Part shown: positions 62,731-64,000 of the stretch, in pieces | Numbering within the stretch: position 1 is the stretch's first letter | Layout of the letters: the number at the start of each line of letters is the position of its first letter | Source of the DNA: Daphnia carinata | Taxonomy: Eukaryota | Length of the DNA: 64,000 nt | Assembly: GCF_022539665.2 (NCBI RefSeq) | Contig: NC_081333.1 | Coordinates: 6,882,001-6,946,000, forward strand | Reading direction: 5' to 3' | The notes under the pieces: generated by a model | The model's input: the letters and a program-made list of their open reading frames with translations, nothing else | Told to the model about the DNA's origin: nothing | Databases searched by the model: none | Position numbers and translations under genes: made by a program

Positions 62731-64000
62731 CAAACTTAAGTATGATTTGTTAATTTTTTTGAAGGAAATGAATTATTTAAGATTAAAGTCCTATCATAAC
62801 TAATGCTTGTTTAAAGCATTTCTTATGCTAAATAATAATATATATTTTTCTAACTCCCATTTTTCTAGCTTAAACTTATTTCAGTAGCTTAATTTCTGTA
62901 AGCTAAAGTGCAAGGTTGCGAAGTTACAGCTTGCGCAAGTTTAATTTTAAGGCGCTGAAGCCACCCCCCAAAACTCAAGCTAACCTAAACGTATCCCTAG
63001 CTTGAAATCTGCAAGCCATCGACGAGGAAGCTTGATAAAGCTAGAATTTGGGCATCGCCAAAACGCAAGCTAACCGTTTCGTACGGGTAGTGCCCTCACT
63101 CACGTAGATAGACCCCCGTGTTCGTTTGGAATAGGATACATAATAGGAGCTTCACTATTATGCCTATTATAATGCTAATGAAGGAAAACAGACAGCCGAT
63201 CGTGTAGTTAATGTATGTTTTGCTAACGATTGTATAGCGATAGATGTATCTACAATATACGATCTATGTATGGGCAAGAGTTAATAAGCAGTATAAAGGG
63301 AGAGACACCAACAACCGTATATAGGACAGACGCGTGCGTTCGTGCGGCTTTTCTTCGTCATCGGTCGCACAAGCGAAGGCTTCAAACAAGCTATTTCTCT
63401 TTTTTTTTATTCGATTTTGCTCATGAGAGGCTTTAGTTTAGATTAAAAAAACAACCATTCTTCGTCCACAGAAGCAACATACATATTCAAAATGGGGATA
63501 TAACAGTAGTGGCACAACCAGGAAGATGGAATGTCTCTGATAAAAGTTCCGTTTCTGTTGGGGACACGTAAATAGTCACGTAGCAAAACCAATGTCTTCA
63601 GTAACAAGACGACAGCATAGAAGCTAATCATATCAAAATTCGTTCCTTTTTTCTCCGCCATAGAAAAAAAAACGGGGGTTTCCAAGTCGCGTGATTACGT
63701 CTCTCAAAGAAAGGTGGCAAGGATGGATGAATTTGGCTCAATTGTTATTTACCTCGTTCTTGTCCAATTTAAGTATATTGCGCACAATGAACCCGCGTGT
63801 AAAAAGGGGTCGTAATCTGATAATGATGGACACTAAAAAAAACAAACAGGACTGTCCTCATATGTTGCTATGTAACACGCTTTCTGCGACCTCAATCAAA
63901 AATTTCCAATTGGGAGATTCAACGTCAAATTCATATAAGGCTTTTGAATACGAGTGCTGGTTTACATATAGTACAACGCTTACGTCGAAAGTCTAAAATT

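Larger units (their letters stand above)
62203..63087. mobile_element. Non-autonomous DNA transposon (MITE-like), ~885 bp, with 13-bp perfect TIRs and a TA flank on both sides
   Basis: Left end TA|CCCGTACGAAACG (62203-62215); right end CGTTTCGTACGGG|TA (63075-63087). Imperfect inverted similarity continues inward (ttaagctag vs gttagcttg). Both subterminal regions are packed with AAGCT/AGCTT motifs. No ORF. Confidence 0.85.

Overview
Eukaryotic, intron-rich, AT-rich animal DNA. The many ~60-75 nt introns, long A/T homopolymers and CA repeats suggest a branchiopod crustacean such as Daphnia (inference only). Most entries in the ORF track are spurious, so I rebuilt genes by hand from splice sites. 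Left compact cluster (1-13.3 kb): katanin p80 (KATNB1, minus, runs off the left edge), NDUFB9 (plus), a small MUM1/PWWP3-like gene (minus) and a PWWP + C2H2 zinc-finger acidic protein (minus). Middle (~13.4-52.6 kb): a low-complexity, mostly non-coding domain holding a six-exon CBF-beta (Brother/Big brother) gene. Right compact cluster (52.7-59 kb): a catalytically dead DPP4-family (DPP10/DPP6-like) gene, HSBP1 with a minor-spliceosome AT-AC intron, and NSMCE1/Nse1. After these come a poorly resolved putative membrane-protein gene (~59.9-61.2 kb) and a ~885-bp non-autonomous TIR element (62.2-63.1 kb) that carries a tRNA-His-like Pol III cassette and an internal 109-bp tandem duplication. I cannot support a clearly novel system. 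The tRNA-carrying MITE, the degenerate PWWP gene pair and several intragenic promoter-motif clusters are the best leads.
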